The notes beneath the pieces are model-generated. The model was not told the DNA's origin. It worked only from the letters and a program-made list of their open reading frames with translations, and made no database searches. This document shows, one piece after another, positions 19,449-28,993 of a stretch of DNA of 50,219 nt; position 1 is the first letter of the stretch, and each line of letters starts with the position of its first letter. Source of the stretch: Planctomycetota bacterium (GTDB taxonomy: Bacteria; Planctomycetota; MHYJ01; WSZJ01); assembly GCA_038060895.1 (NCBI GenBank), contig JBBTCT010000035.1, forward strand, positions 44,891 to 95,109. The letters run 5' to 3'. A program made the translations under genes and the position numbers.

Positions 19449-22400
19449 CTACCTCTTCGGAACTCCGCACTCCCGGATGACCGCACCCGCCCCCTCGCTC
19501 AGCACCAGCACCGAGAACCTGTCCACGTAGTCCAGCTCGTTCGTGCTCAGGCTCGTGTAATCGAACGCGCCGCGCAGGTCTGTGGACCCATCCTTGTAGA
19601 ACTTCACCTCGCCGTCCTTCATCCGCGCGTAGACCTTGATGTAGGTCCTGGGAAGCGGCTTGCCGGATCCCTGCTGCGCGACGCGGAGCTGGCCGTAGTT
19701 CTCCACCACGCTGACGAGCAGCTCGTGCGCGTAGCACGCCTGCGATTTGCGCTTCCCGTCGGCGACGAGCTCGACGATCACGTTCGAGCCGTGGAACTCC
19801 TTCGGCAGGTCGAAGACAAACGTGTTCTTCCCGGCCGGCACGCGAACTTCGTCCGTGCGGTTCGGCTTGATGAACGCGAATTGGCCGGATTGCTGCTGGA
19901 CGAAGGGCTGCCTTGAGAAGAGCAGCTCGATGTCCATGCGGTAGTAGTGAGCGGTGAGGACGGCGAGGTTCTGGACGTTGAGCGTGACGGTTTTCCGCTC
20001 GACGGTGAAATCGAAGTCGGGCTCGCTTGCGGCGAGGCTGGCCTGGCGCTGGTCGCGGTCTTTTTCGTCCACGACCCTGGCGCCGGCTCCCGCAATCTCG
20101 TCGATCTGGGCGAGGGCGTTGCGGAAGAGATTCCGCCAGCGATCGACGGGGTGGTCCTTGTGGCGCTGGGCGAGATCGCGGGCGTCGGAGGGCTTCTCGC
20201 GGCAGAAATCGGCGTAGACCTTGAGGTAATCGTACTGCAACCCTTCGACTCGCTTCGCCCGCTCAGGCCGGAGCTGGAGTTCGTCGAACGTGGCCAGCGC
20301 TTCATCGACGCGGTCCTGCAGGAGCAGGTAGTAGGTCACGGCAAGAATGTCCTGCTCTGTCAGCGGCGCGCGGTACCGGAGAAGCGTCATGAGCCGCACG
20401 TGCTGTTCGGCGAAACGGTTGTTGAGGATTGTGCGGCGGGCGCCGAGTTTCTGCGCGCGCGCATTCACGAGCGGCGCGTACTCCAGGTGCTGGTAGCGGC
20501 GGCGCTCGACGGGCTCGATCGTGACGGGCGTGCTCTTCAGCCAGAGCCCGCACTGGTCGAGCCAGCCGTCCTGGTGGAGCAGGAACTCGCGGAGGCTCGG
20601 GAGATCGTTGTGGTGGATCGCGTAGGACCAGAGCGTGGAGTCGTAGATGTGGCGGCGGGCGAGGAGCACGAGGCACTTCTCGTAGAAGCCGCGGTCCTTC
20701 ATGCGCCACGCGATGAGGCCAAGGTCGGCGCGGTCGGCGTTATGGTCCTCGATCCACTTGAGGACGTCTTTCTCGTCGCCGTGCTGGCTGACCCAGGCCC
20801 ATGAAGACTTGTCGACCTGGCTCAACTCGCGCACGACTTTCATGCGCACCGGCTCCGCGCTGGCGATGAGCTTCTCGTCCTTGGCTACGTGGACGGGGAA
20901 GTGGGGAAACGATCCGGGGTGCGGCCCCTTCGACTCGCTTCGCTCGCTGGGGGCCGGGAAGTAAAAGGAGTACTCGATGGACTCGGTGTTGTAGCTCGAC
21001 AGTTCGACGTGGCGTCCCTTCGTCACGAAGCCGTTGCGGACCGGGATCGCGCCGGTCGGAATCTGCAGTAGCAGGTCGAGTTTCTGGCTGGTGGAGGTGG
21101 GGTTGGTGAGGACGACCTGGCAGGTATAGACGACGTTCACGAGGAACTCGCCGGTGACGTACTTGTCTACCTGTTCGCCGTTCTCTTCGCGAGTGCGGTC
21201 GTCGTCGCGGAAGTAGTTCTGCGAGACGAGGATCGGGACCCGTTCCGCCGACGGTTCCACCGGTTTGATCTCCTTGTGGAACGCCACGGCAGCCGCCTTG
21301 CCCGTCAGTTTCATCCGGGCGCCTTCGAACGTCACTGACGGCTTGCCGGTTTCGAACGGAAGGTCGAGCACCGACAGCGCGAACATCATCTCGGTAAAGT
21401 TGCGGCTCGCGTACGCGAGGTTCGGGGACAGGAACGGCCCCTGCCGGCGGTGCGCCGCGTAGTCGCGCCAGAACGGGTTGACCGTGACGAGCTCTGCTCG
21501 CTGCTGCTCGATCGGCAGGTGCCAGTAATTGTTCTCCGCCCACTCCTGCGTCTTGTCGAGCTTCTGGTAGAACTGCCGCATCCTGCCGCGCGCCCGGGCA
21601 TCCTTCTCGCCGCGGCCGCCGTCGTCGTCGAAGTCGCCGCTCTCCGAGTCCGGCGCCATTTCCGCGAGGCACTCCTCCGCTTCGTCGCGCGGAGCGGACT
21701 TCGACTTCTTCAGCATCTCCTTTCCGGCGGACGCCCGGCGGCCCGCCGGCTTCGGCGCGGCCATCGACGCCGGCGGCGCAGGGGCCATCCTGCCCATGGG
21801 CCCCCGGATCCCGTCGTCGAGCTTCGACAGCGCCGCTCCCTCCATGAGCATCGCCTGCCTGGCGATCCCCAGCAGATCGCCGGCCTCGAGCGCGCTTCCC
21901 ACGATCGCCGAGCCGAACAGGTGGTTGGCCCTCTCGATGTCCCGGGGAAGGAGGTCGTTCAGGTCGCGGGCATGACGCGCGACCGGGTCGCCTTCGTCGT
22001 CGAAGCGCTGGGCCAGGAGGATGCGCTCCACGATGTTGAGGCGGGAGAATGCCCACGGCTTCCGGAACGCGGAGAGGTCGTTTTCGATGAGCCAGTGGTC
22101 GAGAAACGTCTTGTCCAGCTTGTGCTTCAAATATGGCTGCACCACGCGCTTGAACCACTCCGGGTCCTTCTTCGCGATGAAAAAGCCCAGCTCGTGGCAC
22201 GCAAACTCGCTGTACTTCGCGCCCTTCTCTTCCTCGGCCATCCGCGGCCAACGGAGGACGAAGTCGAATTTCGCGAGCTCGGCGTTGCCGGAGAGCGTGG
22301 CGAAGAGCCGGTACACCCGGGCCAGCGTGTCGTACACCTCGGTCTTCGACGTCGTGATGTCGGCGATCTCGAGCGGCTGGCCTGCGGAGAGAACCGTGAC

Positions 22401-25400
22401 CTGCTTCTTTTCGGAGAAGTGCTTCTCAGCATCGAGCGCGAACTTCAGCCGAAGATCCTCGTGCTCCGTCGTGACTTCAGGGAGGAGCACGTCGCGGCAA
22501 ACCGTGTTCAGCGGGTCGATTGCGACGACACGGATCGTGTTCGCGTGCTTCACCGCGTCCCGCGGGATCGTCACCACCCCCTTCGCGTCCGGCTTGAGAT
22601 TCAGCAGCACGGCCGCCGGGTTCGCCAGGAAATCGAGGTTCGCAAACTGCCCCGTTTCCTGAGCCGCCTCTTCCGGCTCCGGCGCCATCGCCATAATCGA
22701 CGCCATCACAGGCTGCCCCGACGCCCCGAACATCCCTCCGGCCGCCGCTTCCTGCGTCGCCGTCTCCGTCGCCCGGATCGCCCAGGGGTTCAAAAGCAGC
22801 CCCGGACGCGTCAGCATGTTCCCCGCGAACTTCGCCGCCTGCCGGCGCTCGAGGATGTAGCGATACTCGTCGCCGATGTCCCGCCCCGAAACGTAATGCG
22901 ATGGCGCCTTCGAGAGCTCGGCTGCCCGGGCGCCCGGGACGGGGACGCGCCCCAGCGTGTCGAACGCTGCGAAGGCAGGGACGAAGCGCGTGCCGAAAAC
23001 GTGGACGCGCGTCTTCTCATTCGCGTTGCCGACCGCGACGCGAAGGTCCCCCTTGCCGGGCGTCACTTCCACTTGAAGCGGCCGCGGGTTGCGCCGCTCC
23101 AGGTGGCGTTTCTCGCCCACGACCCAGCCGCAGCGATCCTCGCCCGGCGTGACGCGCACCGCGATCGAGACCGAATCCCGTTTGAGCGTGAGGAGGTAGT
23201 CCCCCGCGGGGAGTCCGGCAACCTCGAGGTACCCGTCCTTGCGGCTGAGGGCTTTGAAGTGATCGCGCACGAACGTCGGCCCGAGCTGTTCGAGAAGGCA
23301 GGCGTCGCTTCGCTGGACGTTCGTTTCCGCCGGGGCGCTCTTCCCGAACGCGTCCGGGAATGCCACGCCACAGAGCGGCGCGACGTCCATGAGAGGGATG
23401 CGGAACGGTTCCTTCGCGCGGACATGGATGGCTCCGGCAAGCCGGCAGCGGTCGCGGGGAAGAGTCCAGGATTCCGACACGCCCGCCGGCGTGGACACGG
23501 TGAGTGCCGTGATGTCGCGCAGGTGTCCGAGCTCGATGCGGCCGTTCGTGTCGGTCTGAAGAGTCGTGTGAAGCACGGCGCAGAGGTCGCGGTGCTGGAG
23601 CTGGACGTTGAGTGTCGTGCCCGACTTGGGTTCACCGGATTTCCCCGCATGCGTCACGACGAAACCCGCCGCCGTGCGCGCGAGGTGGACGTCCTCGATC
23701 GTCGCTTCCGCATCGATCCCGTTGAGCGAGACGCTCGTGCTGTCGGCCATGTCCTGCTTCTGGTTCAACGAGAGGTTCTGAACCTTGCCCACCAGGGAAA
23801 TCTCCAGCGATGCGAGACCTTCCGGCACCTGGAACGTGTGGGCGGATTCGCTGTCCTCGAACAGGGTGAAGCCCCGCACCTCCTGCCGCGAGCTCACCCC
23901 GTCGCGGTCGGCGGACTGGATGAGGAGCATCGGTTCTTCGAGGAGCGACAGCGCCACCGGGATGCCGTTGACCTGGAGCGACGCGCGCACCACGACCTGC
24001 GCCTCCTTCTTTTTGATCAGGCTCTCCCGGTCCACGTACAGCCCCGCGACCAGCCGGTAATTCTCTCCCTGGTGATCGAACTGCTCGAGGGTCGTGAGAT
24101 TCCCATGCCGAAGCAGGAACGACTGCCGGCCGGGATTCGCGCTGAAGGGAACATGGATCTCCCCGTCCCCTTCAGGCCTGTACTCGCGCCCGCCGAGCCA
24201 GATCGAGGCATCCTTGAGAACTTCGCGATCCTCATTCACAACCGTGAACACATGCCCCGCCGAGCCGGCCCGCTCCAGGAACCGCATCCGGCCCTTGCGC
24301 ACCAGCGCCCGCGAGCTGATACCGCCGCCGATGAACTCCACGATGTAGACGCCGGGATTCGCGAGCCCCGGGAATTTGAAGGTCCTTCGCACGCAGCGGA
24401 TCGGCGGCTCCGTGTACTTGTGCGCCTGCTCTTCCCCCGCAACCAGGCCGTCCAGGTCGATGCTCGTGTCCACGTCGCGGCCGTTCGCGAGGAAGTAGTT
24501 GAGTGCGTTGATCTCGAATACTTTCACCGTGAGCGAAGGCACGTTCTTGACGTCCACTTCGAGCGTCACGGCGTCCTTCGCCTTGAACCAGGCCCGGTTC
24601 GTCTTCGCGAACCCGATCTCCACGCGGTCATTCAGCGCGTGGCAGTACGCCGGGCTGTTGATCATCGCGGTCCACTGCGCCTTGTCCCCTTCGCCCAGGA
24701 GCAGTTTCGTCGATGCGAAGACCGAACGGAGCCACGGCTCGTGGATCCAGGCCTCGAACGCCTTGAAATCCTTCGCGCCCGCAAAGAAGTGCGCGAGGTA
24801 GTCCGTTACCAGCTCCTCGTCCGTTCCGACCGCCGTCTGCAGAGTGACCGTGCAAAAGTCCTCTCCCAACCCGAAAGGCTCTTCGTCCCGCTTGAACCCC
24901 TTCAGATAGTCCGGGTTCGCATACGTCACCTGGCGCGGCAGTTTCAGGTATTCCACGAAGCGCGCCTTGTCCCGCACCCCCACCCGGCGGTCGTGGTCGA
25001 GCCGGTGATACAGCACGTGCGCCTTGAGCGCGTTGAACTTCGGCGCGAGCCCCTTTACGAACTCCCACAACCGCTCCAGCAGCGCCTCCCGCTCCTTCCC
25101 GTCGTTTACCCAGTCCGCGTCCGGTCCCGGGTGCAGCTTCATGAGACGCGCATTCACGTAGTTGTCGTCCGTCATGAGCGCCGGCACGAGCTTGGCCAGC
25201 CGCTCCAGCTGGTCCTCGAGCATCAGACTGTGGATCGGGATCGCCCCGAACCCGCCCGTGTTCTTTCTGTCGTTCAGCTCGGCGGCGACCATTTCCGGCA
25301 GCCGCGCGTAGTCCGGCCGCGCGAGCCGCTGGAGGAGGCTGCGCAGCCGGTGGCCGTCGCGCGGCTCGTCGGCCAGCCATTCGATCGCGGCATCGGTGAA

Positions 25401-25808
25401 CCCGGAGAGATCGGAGCTGTTGCTGTTCGCATAGCCGTGGCGCTTGATTTCGTCGCGGCTCACGAATTTCGGGTCGAGCGCCGAAGGGTACTTCGACTGC
25501 CTGCCCTCGACGACGCGCTCGTGATTGAAGTGCAGCACGAGGTGATAGCGCAGGTACTCCAGCGTCGCTTTCGGATCCTTGTCGTACCGCAGCAAGTGGA
25601 GCCGGTTGCGGATTTCCCGGAACAGCTGCGTCTCCCCGTGGCGCTTGTTCCACTCGGCGAGGAGCGCATCAACTTCCTTCAGGTTTCCGGCCTGCTCCTG
25701 CACCAGGCTGGCGTGGAAGAAGTGCTCTTCGGTGCCGGGGATGAGCTGCTCAAGGGCCTTCGTCCGGTCCTTGGCGAGTGCGAAGTGTTCGAGCTGGTGA
25801 GTGTCCAT
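19449..25808 (-). CDS. Giant (2119 aa) hypothetical protein; helical N-terminus then beta-rich, macroglobulin-like domains
   Basis: Uninterrupted ORF with coding-like composition, SD GGAG; fold assignment is inference. Confidence 0.85.
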   Translation of the reverse strand: MDTHQLEHFALAKDRTKALEQLIPGTEEHFFHASLVQEQAGNLKEVDALLAEWNKRHGETQLFREIRNRLHLLRYDKDPKATLEYLRYHLVLHFNHERVVEGRQSKYPSALDPKFVSRDEIKRHGYANSNSSDLSGFTDAAIEWLADEPRDGHRLRSLLQRLARPDYARLPEMVAAELNDRKNTGGFGAIPIHSLMLEDQLERLAKLVPALMTDDNYVNARLMKLHPGPDADWVNDGKEREALLERLWEFVKGLAPKFNALKAHVLYHRLDHDRRVGVRDKARFVEYLKLPRQVTYANPDYLKGFKRDEEPFGLGEDFCTVTLQTAVGTDEELVTDYLAHFFAGAKDFKAFEAWIHEPWLRSVFASTKLLLGEGDKAQWTAMINSPAYCHALNDRVEIGFAKTNRAWFKAKDAVTLEVDVKNVPSLTVKVFEINALNYFLANGRDVDTSIDLDGLVAGEEQAHKYTEPPIRCVRRTFKFPGLANPGVYIVEFIGGGISSRALVRKGRMRFLERAGSAGHVFTVVNEDREVLKDASIWLGGREYRPEGDGEIHVPFSANPGRQSFLLRHGNLTTLEQFDHQGENYRLVAGLYVDRESLIKKKEAQVVVRASLQVNGIPVALSLLEEPMLLIQSADRDGVSSRQEVRGFTLFEDSESAHTFQVPEGLASLEISLVGKVQNLSLNQKQDMADSTSVSLNGIDAEATIEDVHLARTAAGFVVTHAGKSGEPKSGTTLNVQLQHRDLCAVLHTTLQTDTNGRIELGHLRDITALTVSTPAGVSESWTLPRDRCRLAGAIHVRAKEPFRIPLMDVAPLCGVAFPDAFGKSAPAETNVQRSDACLLEQLGPTFVRDHFKALSRKDGYLEVAGLPAGDYLLTLKRDSVSIAVRVTPGEDRCGWVVGEKRHLERRNPRPLQVEVTPGKGDLRVAVGNANEKTRVHVFGTRFVPAFAAFDTLGRVPVPGARAAELSKAPSHYVSGRDIGDEYRYILERRQAAKFAGNMLTRPGLLLNPWAIRATETATQEAAAGGMFGASGQPVMASIMAMAPEPEEAAQETGQFANLDFLANPAAVLLNLKPDAKGVVTIPRDAVKHANTIRVVAIDPLNTVCRDVLLPEVTTEHEDLRLKFALDAEKHFSEKKQVTVLSAGQPLEIADITTSKTEVYDTLARVYRLFATLSGNAELAKFDFVLRWPRMAEEEKGAKYSEFACHELGFFIAKKDPEWFKRVVQPYLKHKLDKTFLDHWLIENDLSAFRKPWAFSRLNIVERILLAQRFDDEGDPVARHARDLNDLLPRDIERANHLFGSAIVGSALEAGDLLGIARQAMLMEGAALSKLDDGIRGPMGRMAPAPPASMAAPKPAGRRASAGKEMLKKSKSAPRDEAEECLAEMAPDSESGDFDDDGGRGEKDARARGRMRQFYQKLDKTQEWAENNYWHLPIEQQRAELVTVNPFWRDYAAHRRQGPFLSPNLAYASRNFTEMMFALSVLDLPFETGKPSVTFEGARMKLTGKAAAVAFHKEIKPVEPSAERVPILVSQNYFRDDDRTREENGEQVDKYVTGEFLVNVVYTCQVVLTNPTSTSQKLDLLLQIPTGAIPVRNGFVTKGRHVELSSYNTESIEYSFYFPAPSERSESKGPHPGSFPHFPVHVAKDEKLIASAEPVRMKVVRELSQVDKSSWAWVSQHGDEKDVLKWIEDHNADRADLGLIAWRMKDRGFYEKCLVLLARRHIYDSTLWSYAIHHNDLPSLREFLLHQDGWLDQCGLWLKSTPVTIEPVERRRYQHLEYAPLVNARAQKLGARRTILNNRFAEQHVRLMTLLRYRAPLTEQDILAVTYYLLLQDRVDEALATFDELQLRPERAKRVEGLQYDYLKVYADFCREKPSDARDLAQRHKDHPVDRWRNLFRNALAQIDEIAGAGARVVDEKDRDQRQASLAASEPDFDFTVERKTVTLNVQNLAVLTAHYYRMDIELLFSRQPFVQQQSGQFAFIKPNRTDEVRVPAGKNTFVFDLPKEFHGSNVIVELVADGKRKSQACYAHELLVSVVENYGQLRVAQQGSGKPLPRTYIKVYARMKDGEVKFYKDGSTDLRGAFDYTSLSTNELDYVDRFSVLVLSEGAGAVIRECGVPKR
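20241..20269. repeat. REP-like repeat inside CDS, copy A
   Basis: CCCTTCGACTCGCTTCGCCCGCTCAGGCC; read on the minus strand as RPERAKRVEG. Confidence 0.7.
20926..20955. repeat. REP-like repeat inside CDS, copy B
   Basis: CCCTTCGACTCGCTTCGCTCGCTGGGGGCC; 22 of the first 23 nt match copy A; read as PSERSESKG. Confidence 0.7.
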
Positions 25809-25989
25809 GGGTTTCTCCGGTGGGGCGGCAAGGGTAGCACCCCGCAGGATTTTTCCCGCGCTCTGGAAGTCGGCCTCGGCGTTAACAGAGCACTCCCATC
25901 AAACGGGGGCACGCCCTCCCATATCTTTGACGCCAGTTTCCCCGCCGTGTAGGGTCCCGCCTCTTCACCTTCATTTCTCGAGGACCTTC

Positions 25990-26640
25990 ATGCCGACTCT
26001 CTCCCCGCGCGACCTCGTCGAACGCCTTTCCTGGCGCTACGCCACCAAGAAGTTCGACGCCACGAAGAAAATTCCCGCCGACGTCTGGGCGGCCCTCGAG
26101 CAGTCCCTGCTTCTCTCCCCGTCCTCCTTCGGCCTCCAGCCCTGGGCCTTCATCGTCGTCAACGACCGCGCCACGCGTGAAAAACTCGTCGCCGCTTCAT
26201 GGAACCAGCCCCAGATTCTCGCCGCCTCTCACCTCGTCGTCTTCGCCATCCGCAAAAACCTCAAGGCCGCCGATGCCGAGAAGCTGATCGACCGCATTGT
26301 CGAGGTGCGAAAAGTGCCACGCGAGTCGCTTGAGGGCCTCAAGGGGATGATGACCGGCTTCCTCGGCAACCCGCCCGCGGGCTTCAAGATCGACGACTGG
26401 TCCGCGCGCCAGGTCTACATCGCCCTGGGGACCTTCCTGACCAGCTGCGCGGCCGTCGGCATCGACGCGTGCCCCATGGAAGGAATCCAGCCGGCCGACT
26501 ACGACCGCATCCTCGGACTCGGCAAACAGGGGCTCGCTGCCGTCTGCGTCGCGACCGCCGGTTACCGGGCAGACGACGACGGCTACGCGAAGCTCCCCAA
26601 GGTGCGCTATCCGGCGGAGCAGATCATTCAGCGCGTCTGA
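25990..26640 (+). CDS. NAD(P)H-dependent nitroreductase, NfsB-like
   Basis: WRYATKKFD, LSPSSFGLQPW, NQPQ, GIDACPMEG, PKVR. Confidence 0.92.
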   Translation: MPTLSPRDLVERLSWRYATKKFDATKKIPADVWAALEQSLLLSPSSFGLQPWAFIVVNDRATREKLVAASWNQPQILAASHLVVFAIRKNLKAADAEKLIDRIVEVRKVPRESLEGLKGMMTGFLGNPPAGFKIDDWSARQVYIALGTFLTSCAAVGIDACPMEGIQPADYDRILGLGKQGLAAVCVATAGYRADDDGYAKLPKVRYPAEQIIQRV

Positions 26641-27502
26641 GGCGGCCTGCCCACTCACGCCATTCCTTTTCCGCTTCCTCCATCTTGCCGTCCAGCACCG
26701 CGGACAGCGCGTCCCAGCCCTTCGGGTCCTTCTCGACCCCGTCCCTGATCTTCTCGTAGAACTCCTCGAGCTTTCCCTTCTCCTGCAGCCACATGCAGAG
26801 GTATCGCGCCTGCGCGTACCGCAGCCCCGAGCCGTCGCCGTAGAACGAAGCCCCCGTGAACTCCAGGAGTTTCTTCCACGAGATGATAGATCCGTCTTTA
26901 AGGGCGCTCTGGAGGATCGGAAGGCGCCAGTTGACGAGCCCTTTGATCTTGCCGTCCTCGGTCGTGCACTGCTCGAAGAGCGACGCGAGGCCTTCGTTGA
27001 ACCACGTCGGCACTTTCGGAAAGTCGATCTCCATGAGCGCGTGCGTCATTTCGTGCACCAGCGTCCCGCTCCCCGTCCCGATGTTCATGACGAGGGATTT
27101 GCGTGAAGGGAGGTAGAAGCCGTACTTGGAGGTCGGGTGGTCGCCCATGAACTTCACGCAGAACGCGTCGTACTTGTCGTGGTTCGGGAGGAGATAGACG
27201 GCAAAGAGGACGTCGGGCTCCTTGTCGAAGAACTGCTTGTGAAGCGCCGTCCGGGAGCGCTCGACGGTGCCGGCGCAGCGTTCCATTTCCGCGGCTTCCA
27301 GGTGGCCGGCGATCAGGAACGGCCCGGCGCGCTTGAAGTCCGCGTCGGCGCCGATGTGCTCCTCCATCGTCGCCCGGAGAGTCTTCTCCTTCTCTTTGTC
27401 GGCCTCCGGCTCCTTCACCGGTCCGTCTTCAGCCCGGCCGGGGGAACAGGCGACGAGACAGGCCAAGGCCAGGAGTGAGGCGACGAGCGTTGTCTTGAGC
27501 AT
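26624..27502 (-). CDS. Exported zinc metallopeptidase-like protein (gluzincin, DUF1570/MA-like)
   Basis: Signal or lipoprotein N-terminus MLKTTLVASLLALACLVAC; HEMTH...PTWFNEGLA. Confidence 0.82.
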   Translation of the reverse strand: MLKTTLVASLLALACLVACSPGRAEDGPVKEPEADKEKEKTLRATMEEHIGADADFKRAGPFLIAGHLEAAEMERCAGTVERSRTALHKQFFDKEPDVLFAVYLLPNHDKYDAFCVKFMGDHPTSKYGFYLPSRKSLVMNIGTGSGTLVHEMTHALMEIDFPKVPTWFNEGLASLFEQCTTEDGKIKGLVNWRLPILQSALKDGSIISWKKLLEFTGASFYGDGSGLRYAQARYLCMWLQEKGKLEEFYEKIRDGVEKDPKGWDALSAVLDGKMEEAEKEWREWAGRLRRAE

Positions 27503-27572
27503 GGCAGCAATCCTACCCGGGGAATCGTGGGTCATGGGGCCAGTCTGGATCGGGCGCCGGATGGTCTTTTTA

Positions 27573-27706
27573 TTTTTTTGCGGGGGCGAGAAGGGATTTC
27601 TGTGGGTCGGGCGGAGTCGGCCCGAATGACGGCGGCCGTCCAATTTCCGGAGTCCGGGCCGGCGCATCCTGACTCACAGAAATCCCTTCTCGCTCCCGCA
27701 AAAAAA
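27573..27706. repeat. Long inverted repeat with 39-bp arms (MITE-like element or structured RNA)
   Basis: 27573-27611 pairs with 27668-27706; 3 mismatches, all G-U on the + strand; inner 9-bp stem. Confidence 0.8.
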
Positions 27707-27735
27707 AGCAGGCGGCCGCGTTCGCGACCGCCTGC
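27700..27735 (-). terminator. Rho-independent terminator of the SelN-like gene
   Basis: GCAGGCGGTCGCGAACGCGGCCGCCTGC followed by T8 on the minus strand, about 20 nt after the stop. Confidence 0.85.
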
Positions 27736-27753
27736 CTCCGGGTCCCGCTTGAA

Positions 27754-28761
27754 CTAGTCCTTCTTGACGACGCCTACTTCCATCCGTCCGTTCCCTGCGC
27801 TGGCGTTCTTGGACTTCGACTTCAACCCTTCGTACTCGGTTTCGAGCTCGACGAGCTTCGTCTTGATTTCACGACGAAGCTTCTCGCCGGCCAGGTTCCA
27901 CTGCTTCTTCAGCCGAAGAGCTTCCGCACTGATTTCGTTCATCCGCTGGCTATCGAGCGAAGTCTGTGTGTGCTTGGGCACGTTTCCGATCCCCTCGCCG
28001 GGCATGGCCTTTTCGCCGTAACGGCCGAAGAAGTGATCGCCGAAGCCGCGGCCCTGGACGAGCTCTTCGACGCTGAACTGGGTCCAGGAGTCGAGGATGT
28101 GTGCGCGGACGTACTTCTGGTCCATCGACGTGCAATGGTTCGTGGTCTTCGTCAGGCGTGAATCGATCGTGCGCTGCAGCATGCCCTTCTTCACCTCGTC
28201 CTTGATCTTCTCGTTCCCGGCGATCGGCGCGAGTTCCTTCCAGACCCAGTTCAGTTCCGCCGCGAGATCCTGCGGCGTCTGGTATCCGGCCATGACATCG
28301 AGGAGCTTGCCGTCAGGTGTGAAGACGCAGATCTGGGTGTTGTGCTCGCCGTCGCCCGTGGCGCAGAAGCCGGCCTTGTCGGTGATTTCGTGAGCAAAGG
28401 AACCGCCGCACGTCGTCTCACCTTCGATGTTTTTCCAGGCGCAGACGAATTTCTCGTTCACCGTCTTGGCGACCATCTTGTCTTTGAGGACGCCCGTCCT
28501 CATCGCGTGAGCGGCGCTTCAGGTGAGCCCATCAAGCTCGCCGAGCATGCGGTAGACCATGACGAGCTTTCCTTCCTTGCGCGCCTTGGGGAAGGCGTCC
28601 TCGTACGACCGGTGGAAGACGATATCGCCGACCTTCACGAACGGTGTGACGGCGGCAATGGTCTGATTTTGATCCGTCTGCGTGTCGGGATCGTCGGCCC
28701 AGACGCAGGTGCCGGCGGCGAGCGTGAGGGCTCCCGCGATGGCGAGGATCGAGGCTTTCAT
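27754..28761 (-). CDS. Exported thioredoxin-fold selenoprotein resembling the selenoprotein N catalytic region
   Basis: SD GAGGAG, signal peptide; EDAFPKARKEGKLVMVYRMLGELDGLT-TGA(28519-28521)-SAAHAMRTGVL continues in frame into ORF 27754..28503. Confidence 0.82.
28485..28502 (-). promoter_or_regulatory. Candidate bacterial SECIS hairpin
   Basis: UGAGGAC-GGGC-GUCCUCA, loop 23 nt 3' of the UGA. Confidence 0.7.
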
Positions 28762-28846
28762 GGCGTGCTCCTCTGGAGAAGGGTTTGTGGGACCCGGGTG
28801 ACGTGGAGGAGGGATCTGCAAGCTGTGTGCCGAAGTGCGCAATACT

Positions 28847-28871
28847 TAAGTTGTTTCCATGTAACAACTTA
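28847..28871. promoter_or_regulatory. Perfect palindrome in AT-rich upstream region (operator or recombinase-type site)
   Basis: TAAGTTGTT-N7-AACAACTTA. Confidence 0.55.
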
Positions 28872-28993
28872 TGAAATCGACAGTGTGTAAAAACCCTGTT
28901 TTTGTAAATCGAATTGTCAAATACAGCGTGTTTCGTGCGCGCATGCACGGGTTGGAAAGGAAGTTTGCGCTAGATCGGGCTAGTTCACACGAT

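Noticed and set aside
21450-25952. 1500-aa plus-strand ORF and other long antisense ORFs (6336..8012, 14484..16286, 40464..43151, 48494..49840)
   Set aside because: Shadow frames of real genes in high-GC DNA; no motifs.
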